Below are positions 20,659 through 30,941 of a stretch of 64,000 bases of DNA, one piece after another (the first letter of the stretch is position 1; each line of letters begins with the position of its first letter). The DNA is from a bacterium. Its GTDB lineage: Bacteria; UBA8248. Under the pieces are notes generated by a model, which was given only the letters and a program-made list of their open reading frames with translations, was not told the DNA's origin and made no database searches. The stretch is from NCBI GenBank assembly GCA_963692865.2, contig OY843592.1:1216001-1280000 (forward strand), given 5' to 3'. The position numbers were made by a program, and so were the translations under genes.

Positions 20659-21035
20659 GGGGTTGCCGAAAAACTCACGGGAAGGGATTTTGGGTTTCAC
20701 GCACGCTTTTGAGGTTCACTCCCCCCTTGAGGGGGTAAGGGCGCAAGCCCGCAAGCGAACCGGTGGGGGGTCAATCGCGACTGATGAAGGAGCGATTGCG
20801 CCTTTTAAGTCAAGCAGCCCCTCCTTGCTCAGTCGGGGCTGACCCCCCACGCATCAGCGTTCGCACAAGGCGCTCGGCTTCTGCTACTCCCCCTCAAGGG
20901 GGGAGTGGTTCTCTTCTCTCTCGTCGGTTAGCAATGCCGTTCAAGGGCGAAGCCTGCATCCGCGCCAGTGGAGGGTGAATTCCGACTGAGGAAGGAGGAA
21001 TTCTTCCGAGCGAACAGGGGTTTTTCAACAACCTC
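20659..21035. mobile_element. MITE-like element with CTTGAGGG / CCCTCAAG module
   Basis: GGGGTTGCCGAAAAA ... TTTTTCAACAACCTC ends; internal CACTCCCCCCTTGAGGGG ... CCCCTCAAGGGGGGAGTG. Confidence 0.6.
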
Positions 21036-21052
21036 ATATAGGAGGGATTGCC

Positions 21053-22171
21053 GTGAAGGTCGCATCCATCGAGGTATTCCGCGTCGATATGCCGATGCGG
21101 GATTTTTTCAGGAACGCGAACCACAACCACAACGTCCAGCCCGCGGTCGTCGTTCGGGCGACCTCGGACGACGGTTTCTCGGGAATCGGCGACGTCGAAC
21201 CCGTGGCGGGGTATTCGGGCCTGAGCCGCGACGACCTCGCGGACGCGGTGGAGCGGAAGCTCGCGCCCGCGCTCATCGGCGCGAACCCGAGAGCCTCGCG
21301 CGAAATCACGCGGAGGATGGACGAGGCCTGCGACGGTTTCGACGGCGGCAAGGGAGCGTTGTCCCTCGCCATGGCGGACCTCCATGCGAAGTACCTGGGC
21401 GTCCCGCTCTATGAGCTGCTGGGCGGGGCGGTGAAGAAGGAGGTGCGCTTCAACGCCTGGATCGGCATCAAGGCGCCCGATGAGGCGGGGCGCGAGGCGC
21501 GGGGCTTTTACGAGCGCGGCTGGCGCGCGTGCAAGGTGAAGGCGGGGGGAGACGTGGCTTCGGATGCGGCGCGTGTGCTGGCCGTGCGGGAATCGACGGG
21601 GGATGATTTCGAGATACGGATTGACGCGAACGAGTCCTACGGGCGCGTGGAGGACGCCGTCGCCCTCGCGCGCGAGGTGGAAGGAGCGGACATCGGGCAC
21701 TTCGAGCAGCCCGTTCCGAGAACCGACATCGAGGGGCTCGCCCGCGTGCGCCGCTCCATCGACATCCCCGTCATGGCGGACGAGTGCGTGTTCGGGCCGG
21801 AGAGCCTGCTCGAGATCATCCGGGCCGAGGCCGCCGATATCGTCAAGGTCAAGATCATGAAGCAAGGCGGCCCCCTCCGCGTGCGGGACATGGTCGGCAC
21901 GGCGGAGGCCGCCGGCATGAAGCTGGTCATCGGACACGGTTTCGGGCTGTCGCCCTACACGCTGGGCGAGATTCACGTGGCGGCGACCTCGAACGCCTTC
22001 CTGGCGGCGATAGAGTCCGTCGGCCCCGAGAAGATGCTCGACGACGTCGTGGACGCTCCGGTCGACATGAGCGCGGGGCGGCATACGATTTCCGACGCGC
22101 CTGGTCTGGGCGTCGTCCTCGATGACGACAAGCTCGAAAAATATCTGACGCGCGAAGCGGTCAAGGTGTGA
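21053..22171 (+). CDS. Mandelate racemase / muconate lactonizing enzyme family (enolase superfamily)
   Basis: GVPLYELLGG, KVK, IDANE, FEQP, MADE, KIMKQGG. Confidence 0.9.
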   Translation: MKVASIEVFRVDMPMRDFFRNANHNHNVQPAVVVRATSDDGFSGIGDVEPVAGYSGLSRDDLADAVERKLAPALIGANPRASREITRRMDEACDGFDGGKGALSLAMADLHAKYLGVPLYELLGGAVKKEVRFNAWIGIKAPDEAGREARGFYERGWRACKVKAGGDVASDAARVLAVRESTGDDFEIRIDANESYGRVEDAVALAREVEGADIGHFEQPVPRTDIEGLARVRRSIDIPVMADECVFGPESLLEIIRAEAADIVKVKIMKQGGPLRVRDMVGTAEAAGMKLVIGHGFGLSPYTLGEIHVAATSNAFLAAIESVGPEKMLDDVVDAPVDMSAGRHTISDAPGLGVVLDDDKLEKYLTREAVKV

Positions 22172-22241
22172 AGGTCGGCGGTATGGGCGTCTGCGGTTTC
22201 CCCCGTGGCGCCTTTATGCGCCGGATTCAGGAGAAGACGCG

Positions 22242-23195
22242 TTGATCGTCGATATCTGCAGCTTCCTGCCCGTGGCGGAGTCCTACCGCGCCCGCCTCTT
22301 GGGCTGGGCCTCGATTCCCGGTTATTTGAAGATGTTCGCGAAGGGCCTGAGCGCTTTTTGCGGCGTGGAGGAGGCGGAGTTTCGCCGCAGGGCGGTGGGG
22401 ACGACGCGGGAAGAGATACACGGTTTCATCGAGGAGACATCGGCGAAGCTCGGGCGGCCCCTCGAAGCGTTCATATCGCTTCTGGATGCGGCGGGCTACG
22501 ACAAGGCGGTCGTCTTCAGCATCGACCAGGAGCGCACCACCGGCGTCTCGCCGCTCGACCCGAACGTCCTCGCCCGCGCGGTGGATTCGTATCCGGAGCG
22601 GATTCTGGCCTTTCAGGGCGTAGACCCCAACAAGGACGACGCGGCGGCCGCGCTTGAGGAGGGCGTGCGCGAGCTCGGCCTGCACGGGGCGTTCCTCGTT
22701 CCTTTTCTCCACCTCCTGCCCGCCGACGCGCCGGAGTACCGCCCCGTCTACCGAAAGTGCGTCGAACTGGACGTTCCCGTATGGATTCATACGTCGGTGA
22801 ACTGGGCGCCCGCGCATCCGATGGAGCTCGGCAGGCCCCTCGCGCTGGACTGCCTCTGCGGCGAAATGCCCGACCTCAAGGTAATCGCGGGCCACGGCGG
22901 CTGGCCCTGGGTGCCGGAGATGGTCGCCGCCGCCTGGCGGCACCCGAATCTCTACATCGACCCCTCCGGCCACCGGTGGAAGTATTTCACGACGCCGGGT
23001 TCGGGCTGGGAGATGCTCCTTCATTTCGGCAATTCCACCATACAGGACAAGATTCTGTTCGGAACCGACTGGCCGCTTCTGCCGATATCCTTAGGCGAAA
23101 TTATCGAGGAAGCGAGGAGCCTCCCCTTGAAGCCGCACGTCATGGATAAGTGGCTGGGCGGAAACGCGGCGCGCCTGCTGGGGCTGGACGGATGA
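22242..23195 (+). CDS. Amidohydrolase family 2 protein
   Basis: VPVWIH, LKVIAGHGGWPW, HPNLYID, KILFGTDWP, GGNAARLL. Confidence 0.85.
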   Translation: MIVDICSFLPVAESYRARLLGWASIPGYLKMFAKGLSAFCGVEEAEFRRRAVGTTREEIHGFIEETSAKLGRPLEAFISLLDAAGYDKAVVFSIDQERTTGVSPLDPNVLARAVDSYPERILAFQGVDPNKDDAAAALEEGVRELGLHGAFLVPFLHLLPADAPEYRPVYRKCVELDVPVWIHTSVNWAPAHPMELGRPLALDCLCGEMPDLKVIAGHGGWPWVPEMVAAAWRHPNLYIDPSGHRWKYFTTPGSGWEMLLHFGNSTIQDKILFGTDWPLLPISLGEIIEEARSLPLKPHVMDKWLGGNAARLLGLDG

Positions 23196-24400
23196 GCGAG
23201 GAAAACCCGAACTGGCGTCCCGTCCTGGGGGCCGCCTGCTTCATCATCTTCGCCGTCTTCGGCTCGCTGGTCTCGACGAGCGGCCTCATCGGCTTCATCC
23301 GGGACGATCTGGACCTCTCCTTCGGCGCGGGCGGTTTTCTGCTCTCCGCGCCGTTTCCGCTGATAGCGTTTTTCGCGGTCGCGGGCGGCCGGCTGGTCGA
23401 CAGGCTGGGCGTTAAGAAGATGGTCCTGTGCGGTGTTTTCCTCACCCTGCTGGGAGGAGCCGTCCGCCTCTCGAGCGGAGGTTTCTGGCCGCTCGCTTCG
23501 GGAATCGCGCTCGTGGGCGCGGGCACGGGTCTGGTGTTTCCCGTCATGCCCAAGGTGGTGGGGACGATGGTTCCTCCCGAGCGCAACGCGTTCGGCTCCG
23601 CCGTCTACACGGCCTCCATCATCGCGGGCGCTGGCCTGGGCGTCGCGGCCTCGCACTATATGACGCCCGTCGCGGCGGTCTTGCCCGCCTCGTGGGGAGG
23701 GAGCGTCTGGCGCGGCGGCTATCTGGGCTGGGCGCTCGTCCTGGCCCTCGCGTTCGTCGTCTGGCGAAAGAATTCCGCCCCGGTCGCGGTGGATTTGGAA
23801 AGCGAATCCGCCTCGGCCGAAGGCGGCGCGGTGTACCGGCTCCTCGCCGTCTGGGGCGTCGGCGGCTCCTTGTTCGTCAACAACGTCGTCTTTTATACGA
23901 GTCTGGGCTGGCTGGCCACGGTTTTGATGACGAAGGGCTGGCCGCAGGCGAGCGCCGCGCTTATCGTTTCGAGTTTGCCTTTGCTCGGAATTTTTGCTTC
24001 CCTGAGCGCGCACAAAGTGGCGCCGGCCGTAGGCGGCGATCGGGTCATGATCGTTTTGTGCGGGGCGTTCACGGCCGCGGCGCTCGCCCTCATGCCGGCG
24101 GGAAACGCATGGGCCGCCGCGGCGGGAACCGCCGTTTTGGGTTTGACGACGAACTGCTGGTTCTTGTTCTGTCTGGCGTATCCCGCGCAATACGTGGAGA
24201 AGAGCCGGGTGGGCCAGGCGGGCGGCCTGATCATCGGCATGGGCTACCTGGGCGGTTTCGCCGGACCCTGGACGATTGGGGCGATGAGGGACTGGGCCGG
24301 CTCGTTCGGCCCGGGGTTTTACACCCTGGCGGTCGTCTCGCTCATCGGGATATCGTGCGCTCCGTTTTTCGGGCGATACGCCGAACAAGGCAGGGGGTAA
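23192..24400 (+). CDS. MFS transporter (CynX-like)
   Basis: About 12 hydrophobic segments, GRLVDRLG motif A; ATGA overlap with the upstream gene. Confidence 0.85.
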   Translation: MSEENPNWRPVLGAACFIIFAVFGSLVSTSGLIGFIRDDLDLSFGAGGFLLSAPFPLIAFFAVAGGRLVDRLGVKKMVLCGVFLTLLGGAVRLSSGGFWPLASGIALVGAGTGLVFPVMPKVVGTMVPPERNAFGSAVYTASIIAGAGLGVAASHYMTPVAAVLPASWGGSVWRGGYLGWALVLALAFVVWRKNSAPVAVDLESESASAEGGAVYRLLAVWGVGGSLFVNNVVFYTSLGWLATVLMTKGWPQASAALIVSSLPLLGIFASLSAHKVAPAVGGDRVMIVLCGAFTAAALALMPAGNAWAAAAGTAVLGLTTNCWFLFCLAYPAQYVEKSRVGQAGGLIIGMGYLGGFAGPWTIGAMRDWAGSFGPGFYTLAVVSLIGISCAPFFGRYAEQGRG

Positions 24401-24406
24401 GGTGTT

Positions 24407-25654
24407 TTGGATGTGAATTCACAGCGCTTGAAGCTGAGGCCCGTGGAGGCCGCTCCTGCGGAGCATCAGGGCCAGAGGATGTTGAGGCTCAGCGACCCGC
24501 TTCGCCTCAGCGAGGCGGTTCTTCTCGTTCCCATGGCGCTGGTTCCCGTGCTGAGCCTGCTCGACGGGCGCCACACCTTTGAAGACATCCGGCAGCAGTG
24601 CAGATCCCGCCACGGGATGGACGTTGCGGAAGAAAGCTACCGGGAGATGGCCTCCCGGCTCGAGGAGGCGCATTTCCTCGAAGGGGACGGCTTCGCCTCC
24701 TGGAGCGCGTCGCTCAGGGACGCCTACTTGAGCGAGCCGGTGCGCCCGGCTTTTCTGGCGGGCAAGAGCTACGACGCGGACCCGGCGCTCTTGCGCTCCC
24801 GCATCGATGGTTTTTTCACGGGTGATGAAGGGCCGGGGATGCCCGTGAAGGATTCCCCGGCTCCGGCGAAGCCGCTTCGGGGCGTGGTGGCCCCGCACAT
24901 CGATTTCCATCGCGGCGGCCCCGCCTTCGCGTGGGCGTACAAGTCAATCGCGGAACGGGCCGACGCCGATTTGTTCGTCGTTCTGGGAACGGTCCACGCA
25001 CCGACGAAGCGCGTCTATAACCTCACGGGCAAATCTTTCGAGACGCCGTTCGGAGTTTTGGAGGTGAGCACAGGATTCGTGGAGGATCTCTCGGGCCGGC
25101 TGGATGTGAACTCCTTCGAGGACGAGTTCGCGCATCGCGGCGAGCACTCCGTCGAGTTCCAGGCCGTTTTTCTGCAATATCTCTTTGCGGACGCTCAGCC
25201 GGTCCGGTTCGTCCCCGTCCTGGTGGGTTCGTTCCACCCGTTCGTCGCGGAGGGACGATCTCCAAAGGGCGACGCGCAGGTGGAGGCTTTCATAACCGCG
25301 CTGAGAGAAGCGATGGCGGCGCATAATCAAAACGGGGGAAAGGTCTGCCTCATCGCGAGCGTGGATTTCGCCCACGTCGGCCCCCGGTTCGGCGATCGGG
25401 ACCCCGTGGACGATGCGCGGCTGAAAGCGCTTGCCGAAGCGGACGGGAAATCCCTGGAGGCGGTGCGCCGGGGAGACGCGGAGGCGTTTTACTGGAGCGT
25501 GGCGGAGGACGGGGACGCGAGAAACGTGTGCGGCCTCGCGCCCGTCTACACCATGCTGCGCGTTCTGGATGGATGCGAGGGGGAGGTGCTCCGCTATTCC
25601 CAATGGCCGGACCCGGACGGGACGGTCACTTTTTCGAGCGTCGCTTTGACTTGA
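24407..25654 (+). CDS. MEMO1-family protein (AmmeMemoRadiSam protein B) with N-terminal extension
   Basis: VRPAFLAGKSY, VAPHID, LGTVH, HRGEHSVEFQ, IASVDFAHVG, VCG. Confidence 0.85.
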   Translation: MDVNSQRLKLRPVEAAPAEHQGQRMLRLSDPLRLSEAVLLVPMALVPVLSLLDGRHTFEDIRQQCRSRHGMDVAEESYREMASRLEEAHFLEGDGFASWSASLRDAYLSEPVRPAFLAGKSYDADPALLRSRIDGFFTGDEGPGMPVKDSPAPAKPLRGVVAPHIDFHRGGPAFAWAYKSIAERADADLFVVLGTVHAPTKRVYNLTGKSFETPFGVLEVSTGFVEDLSGRLDVNSFEDEFAHRGEHSVEFQAVFLQYLFADAQPVRFVPVLVGSFHPFVAEGRSPKGDAQVEAFITALREAMAAHNQNGGKVCLIASVDFAHVGPRFGDRDPVDDARLKALAEADGKSLEAVRRGDAEAFYWSVAEDGDARNVCGLAPVYTMLRVLDGCEGEVLRYSQWPDPDGTVTFSSVALT

Positions 25655-25701
25655 AATGTCCTGGTTTCCATAAATCCTGAATCACAGAGGAGAGAGGATC
25701 G

Positions 25702-26691
25702 TTGCTTTACTTGAATGAATCCGACGTAAAGAGTCTCGTGAACATGTCAGACGTCATGGACGTGGTGGAGAAATGCTTCAAGGCCCAGGGGGAGGGGCGC
25801 GCGCCGAACCAGCCGAGGCGGCGGGTATTCGTCCCCAAGGGCGCGATGCACGTTATGTTCGGCGGTATGGTGGATGAGAACGAGGGCTATCTGGGTCTCA
25901 AGGCATACACCACGTTTCCGGGAATCGGCGTGCGGTTCATCTTCCTGTTGTGGGACGCGAACACGTCCGAGATGCTCTCGCTCATGGAGGCGAACGTGCA
26001 GGGGCAGATGCGCACGGGGGCGGCGAGCGGCGTGGCCGCGAAATACATGGCGCGGGAAGACGCTTCGGTGGCCGGGTTGATCGGCACGGGATGGCAGGCG
26101 AGGTCGCAGCTCGAAGCCCTCTGCTGCGCGCGCGACCTCAAGACGGTGAAGGTGCACAGCCGCCGCGCCGAGAAGCGGGAAAAATTCGTCGCCGCGATGC
26201 GGGACAGGGTGAGCGCCGAACTCGTCCCGGTGGAATCGGCGAGCGAGGCGGTGAGGGGCTCGCAGATCGTGTGCGCCATCACCACGGCGCGCGAACCGGT
26301 GTTCGACGGCAACGATCTGGAGCCGGGCGCGACGGTCATCGCGGCGGGTTCGAACCGCATCACGAACCGCGAGGTGGACGACGAGACTTTCCGCCGCGCG
26401 GCGAGGGGCAGAATCGTGACGGACAACCTCGAGGGCGCCGAATTCGAGAGCGGCGACCTGGTCGGCGCAATACGGGCGAACGTCATCCAGTGGGGCCAGG
26501 TGTCCGAGATCGGGCTGATAGCGGCGGGCATGATGCCCGGGCGCGCCTCCGATGAGGAGATCAACCTCTTCCTGAGCCAGGGCGTCGCGATTGAGGACGT
26601 GGCCCTGGGCGCGGAACTCTACCGGCGCGCGAAGGCGCAGGGCGTGGGCGCGGAACTCCCCGTGGAGGGGTTTTTCAAGAGGGCGACGTAG
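25702..26691 (+). CDS. Ornithine cyclodeaminase / mu-crystallin family (imine reductase / alanine dehydrogenase-like)
   Basis: RTGAASGVA, IGTGWQA, FLSQGVAIEDVA. Confidence 0.9.
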   Translation: MLYLNESDVKSLVNMSDVMDVVEKCFKAQGEGRAPNQPRRRVFVPKGAMHVMFGGMVDENEGYLGLKAYTTFPGIGVRFIFLLWDANTSEMLSLMEANVQGQMRTGAASGVAAKYMAREDASVAGLIGTGWQARSQLEALCCARDLKTVKVHSRRAEKREKFVAAMRDRVSAELVPVESASEAVRGSQIVCAITTAREPVFDGNDLEPGATVIAAGSNRITNREVDDETFRRAARGRIVTDNLEGAEFESGDLVGAIRANVIQWGQVSEIGLIAAGMMPGRASDEEINLFLSQGVAIEDVALGAELYRRAKAQGVGAELPVEGFFKRAT

Positions 26692-26715
26692 GCTCTCTGG
26701 CGCACTGCCCTGATT

Positions 26716-27156
26716 GGGGCTGTTGAAAAAGTCCTTGCAGGTTAGTCGGGATCCCACCGTAGGGGCCGCATACCATGCGGCCCTGCCTTTTCGCCTTCAC
26801 AATACGGGTCGCATGATATGCGACCCCTACGGGTTCATTACGATTTGCGGGGTTTTGTAGAGGCAGGCGCTCCTGCGCCTGTCCGAGGCCTCCGTGTCTG
26901 TTCTGTATCGGACCGACGGGCGGACACACAGGTCCGCCCCTACGGGCGAATCCATCTCGCATCCATCGTAACGGAACCACACCGCCGTCATTCCGGCGCA
27001 TGCCGGAATCCAGGGGTTTTGTTTTTCACCTTGCGCCCGACGAATGCAAAGGAAGAAAATGCCGCCTTGTGAGCACGCTCACCGGCTCTGGATTCCGGCT
27101 TTCGCCGAAATGACGGCGGTGGTCAATCCGGGCAAAGAGGGGTTTTCAACAACCCC
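26716..27156. mobile_element. MITE-like element holding GTAG-type and CGTCATTCC-type REP pairs
   Basis: GGGGCTGTTGAAAAA ... GGTTTTCAACAACCCC ends; GTAGGGGCCGCATACCATGCGGCCC, GGGTCGCATGATATGCGACCCCTAC, CGTCATTCCGGC..GCCGGAATCCA and TGGATTCCGGCTTTCGCCG..ATGACG inside. Confidence 0.65.
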
Positions 27157-28037
27157 TAACCGCTGAGCCCGGCGGTTTTGTCAAAGAACTCGCGCACGGC
27201 GTTCTGGTCCACCTGGCCGAAGCCCATGGCGGAGGCGGCGATGAAGACCTGCCTCGCAAGCGCTGCGAACGGCGTCGGCGTCGTCGCGGCCTCGGCCATC
27301 TCGGAGATGAGCCGCAGGTCCTTGCGCATCAGGTCGACCCTGAAAAACGGCGTGTAGTCCCTGCTCGCCAGGGCGGCGCCCTTGATGGCCAGAATTTTCG
27401 GGATCGAGGCGCTTTTCAGGTAATCCATCATCTCGACGGGGTCGAGGCCCGAGCGTTCCCCAAGGGTGAGTCCTTCCGATACCACGGAGAGAAACACCGA
27501 GACGATCTGGTTGGCCACGAGCTTCATGTGCAGACCCGCGCCGTTCGGCCCGAAATGGTTGATGGACTCGGAGACGGCCTCCAGAACGTCGCGGTGCGCG
27601 TTCAGCGCCGCCTCGTCGCCTCCGACCATCACGTTGAGTTCCGCGCTGATGGCGCTGGGCTCGCTGCCGCTCACGGGCGTATCGAGGAAAATCGCGCCTT
27701 TTTCCGCCGCTTCCTTCGCGATGGCCTGGCTGCCGACCGGGGAGATGGTGGAGAAATCGAAACAGACGACGCCATCCTTGGATGCGAGCAGCGCGCCTTT
27801 TTCGCCCAGGTAGGTCTCGTGGACGTCCCCGGTTTCGGGCACGGACGAGCAGATGACTTCGGCCTCCGAAGCCGCCTCGGCGGGGGAGTCGAAGGTTTTC
27901 GCTCCCGCCTCCTCCGCCCGGGCGCGGGCCTCGGGCGCCGGGTCGTATCCGTGAACCACGAAACCCGCCTTGAGAAGATTGTTGGTCATGGCTCCGCCCA
28001 TGGTGCCGAGCCCCAGGTACGCGACGATTTTAGGCAC
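27156..28037 (-). CDS. NAD(P)-dependent beta-hydroxyacid dehydrogenase (3-hydroxyisobutyrate / tartronate semialdehyde reductase family)
   Basis: GLGTMG, DFSTI, LDTPVSG, MVGG, KLVANQ, KDL. Confidence 0.9.
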   Translation of the reverse strand: MPKIVAYLGLGTMGGAMTNNLLKAGFVVHGYDPAPEARARAEEAGAKTFDSPAEAASEAEVICSSVPETGDVHETYLGEKGALLASKDGVVCFDFSTISPVGSQAIAKEAAEKGAIFLDTPVSGSEPSAISAELNVMVGGDEAALNAHRDVLEAVSESINHFGPNGAGLHMKLVANQIVSVFLSVVSEGLTLGERSGLDPVEMMDYLKSASIPKILAIKGAALASRDYTPFFRVDLMRKDLRLISEMAEAATTPTPFAALARQVFIAASAMGFGQVDQNAVREFFDKTAGLSG

Positions 28038-28270
28038 TGTGCTCTCTCCTTCGGTGTCTGGATTTCCGGATGCGCGCGCCTGGTCGAAATACGATTCGGC
28101 GCCGTCCGCTTCTCGATGGTTTCGAAGGCGTGATTCTAGCGCATAAGAGATAAATGAAATACCTCCCGCGCCGCTTGCCTTTTTTCGCGGGCTTGGCTAT
28201 GGTTTCGCTTCTTTGGGCGCCCGGAAGGGCGGAGGCGCCCCGAGGCGTTGATTTTCGTTGAGGTTTCCAG

Positions 28271-28420
28271 ATGCGCGAGAACATTCAACTCGAATGCACG
28301 ACCTGCAAGAAGATGCGCTACACCAGCACCAAGAACAAGCGCAACACGCCGGATCGGCTCGAATTCAGGAAGTACTGCAAATTCTGCCGGAGCCACCAGC
28401 CGTTTCGGGAGACCAAATAG
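28271..28420 (+). CDS. rpmG: 50S ribosomal protein L33 (Zn-binding C+ type)
   Basis: Hand translation [49 protein letters not shown]; below the ORF-track length cutoff. Confidence 0.95.
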   Translation: MRENIQLECTTCKKMRYTSTKNKRNTPDRLEFRKYCKFCRSHQPFRETK

Positions 28421-28681
28421 ATGAAGACCCACAAGAATACCGTGGCGCGCAAGCGTTGCGCGGTCACAGGCAAGAGCGTCATGTACGGCAACAACGTCTC
28501 GCACTCGCACAAGAAGACGAGGCGGCGCTTCGAGGCGAACCTCCACGTCAAACGCTTCTATCTGCCGGAAGAAAAGCGCTGGGTGAAGCTGCGCGTGTCG
28601 GCGAAGGGCCTCAAGATCATCGCCAAGCGCGGCGTCTCGAAGGTGATGGCCGACATCAGGAAGCGCGAGCGCGCCCTCTAG
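28421..28681 (+). CDS. rpmB: 50S ribosomal protein L28
   Basis: RCAVTGK..MYGNNVSHSHKKTRRRFEANL...WVKLRVSAKGLKII; the real start may be GTG at 28442. Confidence 0.95.
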   Translation: MKTHKNTVARKRCAVTGKSVMYGNNVSHSHKKTRRRFEANLHVKRFYLPEEKRWVKLRVSAKGLKIIAKRGVSKVMADIRKRERAL

Positions 28682-28779
28682 CAAACCCTGTTTCCGGATA
28701 CCTGCAGGTTTTCCCCGGCTCCGCCGGCGGGCGTTTTCTGCGTCTGCGGGGCGGAGCGGTTTTTGTGGGTGGCGGCTCC

Positions 28780-29270
28780 TCCCTCTTCGGTCGGAACCGG
28801 CTCCTCGGGAGCGCCACCGACAATACCATTCTGAATGGCGCCCGTAGGGGCCGCATAGTATGCGGCCCTCTACGTTTGATATGCGGGCCGCATGATATGT
28901 GTGGGACGACCCCGAAGAGGGGCTGCCACTACAAGAGGCAGTGCGGTTTTGTTCGTCATTCCGGCGAAAGCCGGAATCCATTTTCATCCACCGATAGAAC
29001 CGGCCACGCACCGTCATTCCCTCCGCGCGGATACCGCATTCAGGCGTTGCGCGGCAACGCAGTCGTAGCCGCTCCGCCCGGTGAAAAGTCAAAATGGATT
29101 CCGGCTTTCGCCGGAATGACGGCGGCTTTCCCGCATCGAGGGACTTTTTCAACAACCCCCATACATAAAGGGGGTTCCGTAGAGGCCGCATATCATGCGG
29201 CCCTGATTTTCGCCTCCGCAAGGCGGGTCGCATAATATGTGTGGGACAACCCCGATGAGGGGTTGTCACC
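28780..29270. repeat. REP/MITE mosaic
   Basis: GTAGGGGCCGCATAGTATGCGGCCC, CGTCATTCCGGCGAAAGCCGGAATCCA / TGGATTCCGGCTTTCGCCGGAATGACG pair, TTTTTCAACAACCCC; 28771-28815 is an inverted copy of about 62753-62795. Confidence 0.65.
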
Positions 29271-29305
29271 TCCAAACACCGGCCCCTCTCCGCCCGGAAC
29301 CGGCC

Positions 29306-30229
29306 CTACTTCAAGCGCCCGTAGACCGCGTTGTTTCGGAGGAATACGTTTTTCCCGGCGAAGTCGCGCGGCGTCTTGCCGTCCTCGTCGCTCGCCCCGG
29401 GGTTCGCGCCCGCGTCGATCAGGGCGTCGACGACGGCGGGCGTCTTGCAGAGCCAGGCCGCCAGGTGGAGCGGCGTCCAGCCGCCTCGCGCGTCGCGCGC
29501 GTGCAGTTCCGCTCCCGCTTCGAGCAGCACGCCCACGATGGTGGGCGAATCGCCCTGCGCCGCGAAGTGCAGGGCCGTGCGTCCGTATTTGTCGCTGATG
29601 TCGAGTTCCGCCCCGGCGGCGAGCAGCGCCTCCGTTTTTTCGGGCGTCGAGGCGTTCCGCGCCGCCGCGTGCAGGGGGGGAGCGCCGTTCCCGTCGCGGG
29701 CGTTCACGTTTGCGCCCGCCTCCGCCAGGGTTTTCACGACGCCCGGGATTTCGTTGAACGCCGCCGCGAGGTGCAGGGGCGCGCGCTGCTGTTCGTCGCG
29801 CGCGTCGACCGCCGCTCCGCCGCCGATCAGCGCCTCCACGACGGCGGGCCTCTCCCCCTGCGCCGCGAGGTGCAGAGGCGTGCGTCCGTACTTGTCCGTG
29901 GCGCCGGGGTCCGCGCCCGCGTCGAGAAGCTCCCGCACGGTTTCCGGCGCCGGAGCGTGCCGCGACGTCGCGTGCAGGGGCGTTGCGCCAGCGTCGTCCG
30001 GGGCGTTCACGTCCGCGCCCGCCCCCGCCAGGGCGGCCACGATGCCGGGCGTCTCGTTGAACGCCGCCGCGATGTGCATGGCCGTGCGGCCTTTCGCGTC
30101 GCGCGCGTTCGCGTCCGCGCCCCCGGCGAGCAGGGATTCCACTTCAGCCGCCGTCTCGGCGATGAGCGCCGCGCGGTGCAGGGGATTGACGCCCCCCTCG
30201 TCTGCCGGGTCCTTCACTTCCATCCTCAT
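29306..30229 (-). CDS. Ankyrin repeat protein
   Basis: About 8 repeats of G.TPLHLAA...V..LL.AGADVNARD. Confidence 0.95.
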   Translation of the reverse strand: MRMEVKDPADEGGVNPLHRAALIAETAAEVESLLAGGADANARDAKGRTAMHIAAAFNETPGIVAALAGAGADVNAPDDAGATPLHATSRHAPAPETVRELLDAGADPGATDKYGRTPLHLAAQGERPAVVEALIGGGAAVDARDEQQRAPLHLAAAFNEIPGVVKTLAEAGANVNARDGNGAPPLHAAARNASTPEKTEALLAAGAELDISDKYGRTALHFAAQGDSPTIVGVLLEAGAELHARDARGGWTPLHLAAWLCKTPAVVDALIDAGANPGASDEDGKTPRDFAGKNVFLRNNAVYGRLK

Positions 30230-30316
30230 ACTCCGGTGAAGCGCGCGCTTGTAATCATCCGTTCCGTGGAGGGATCGCATCCGGGGCCGTTTCCCCCTCC
30301 GCAAACGCGAGGGGCG

Positions 30317-30914
30317 CGTAGGGGTCGCATATCATGCGACCCGGCTTTTTTCGCCGCCCGGACGCGGGCCGCATGATATGTCGGACATATATGTCTGATC
30401 TGCAATCTCGTCGGCTTAAAAACCAACCCCCTACCCCCCTTGTCAGGGGTCAATTTCGAGCGATGAGCGAGAAATTGCGAACCGATGCGTTTCTCATCGA
30501 TGGCTTATGCAAACGCTCGTTCCTCACTCGCGTTTGACGCCTGACAAGGGGGGTAGGGGGGGTGCTTTTCCAGTCGAGAAGAGCGTCCCCTCCACCCCCT
30601 GAAAAAACCTGTTCCCGGGGTCGGGCGGACACACGGGTCCGCCCCTACAAAGCCCCGCACGTCGTTGTGGTCGTGAGCCTTATGTAGGTCGGACATATAT
30701 GTCCGACCTACCATGCGACCCGGCCTTTTCGCTCTCCGGCAACGGGCCGCATAATATGCGGCCCCTACCATCGAAACAACAAAATGGCGACCGTAGGGGC
30801 GGGCCCCTGTGCCCGCCCGTCGGTCATATTCATCCCGATACAGGACAGGCACGGAGGCCTGTCCCTACAGCGAACGATCTCGAAGGCGTGCCGGGGGACT
30901 TTCTCAACAACCCC
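30317..30914. repeat. REP mosaic
   Basis: Multiple GTAG-type palindromes (GTCGGACATATATGTCCGAC etc.) and a CCCCTTGTCAGGGG...CCTGACAAGGGG cassette repeated at 32358-32510. Confidence 0.65.
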
Positions 30915-30941
30915 GAACAGGAAGGGTTCGCGCCGTTCTCC

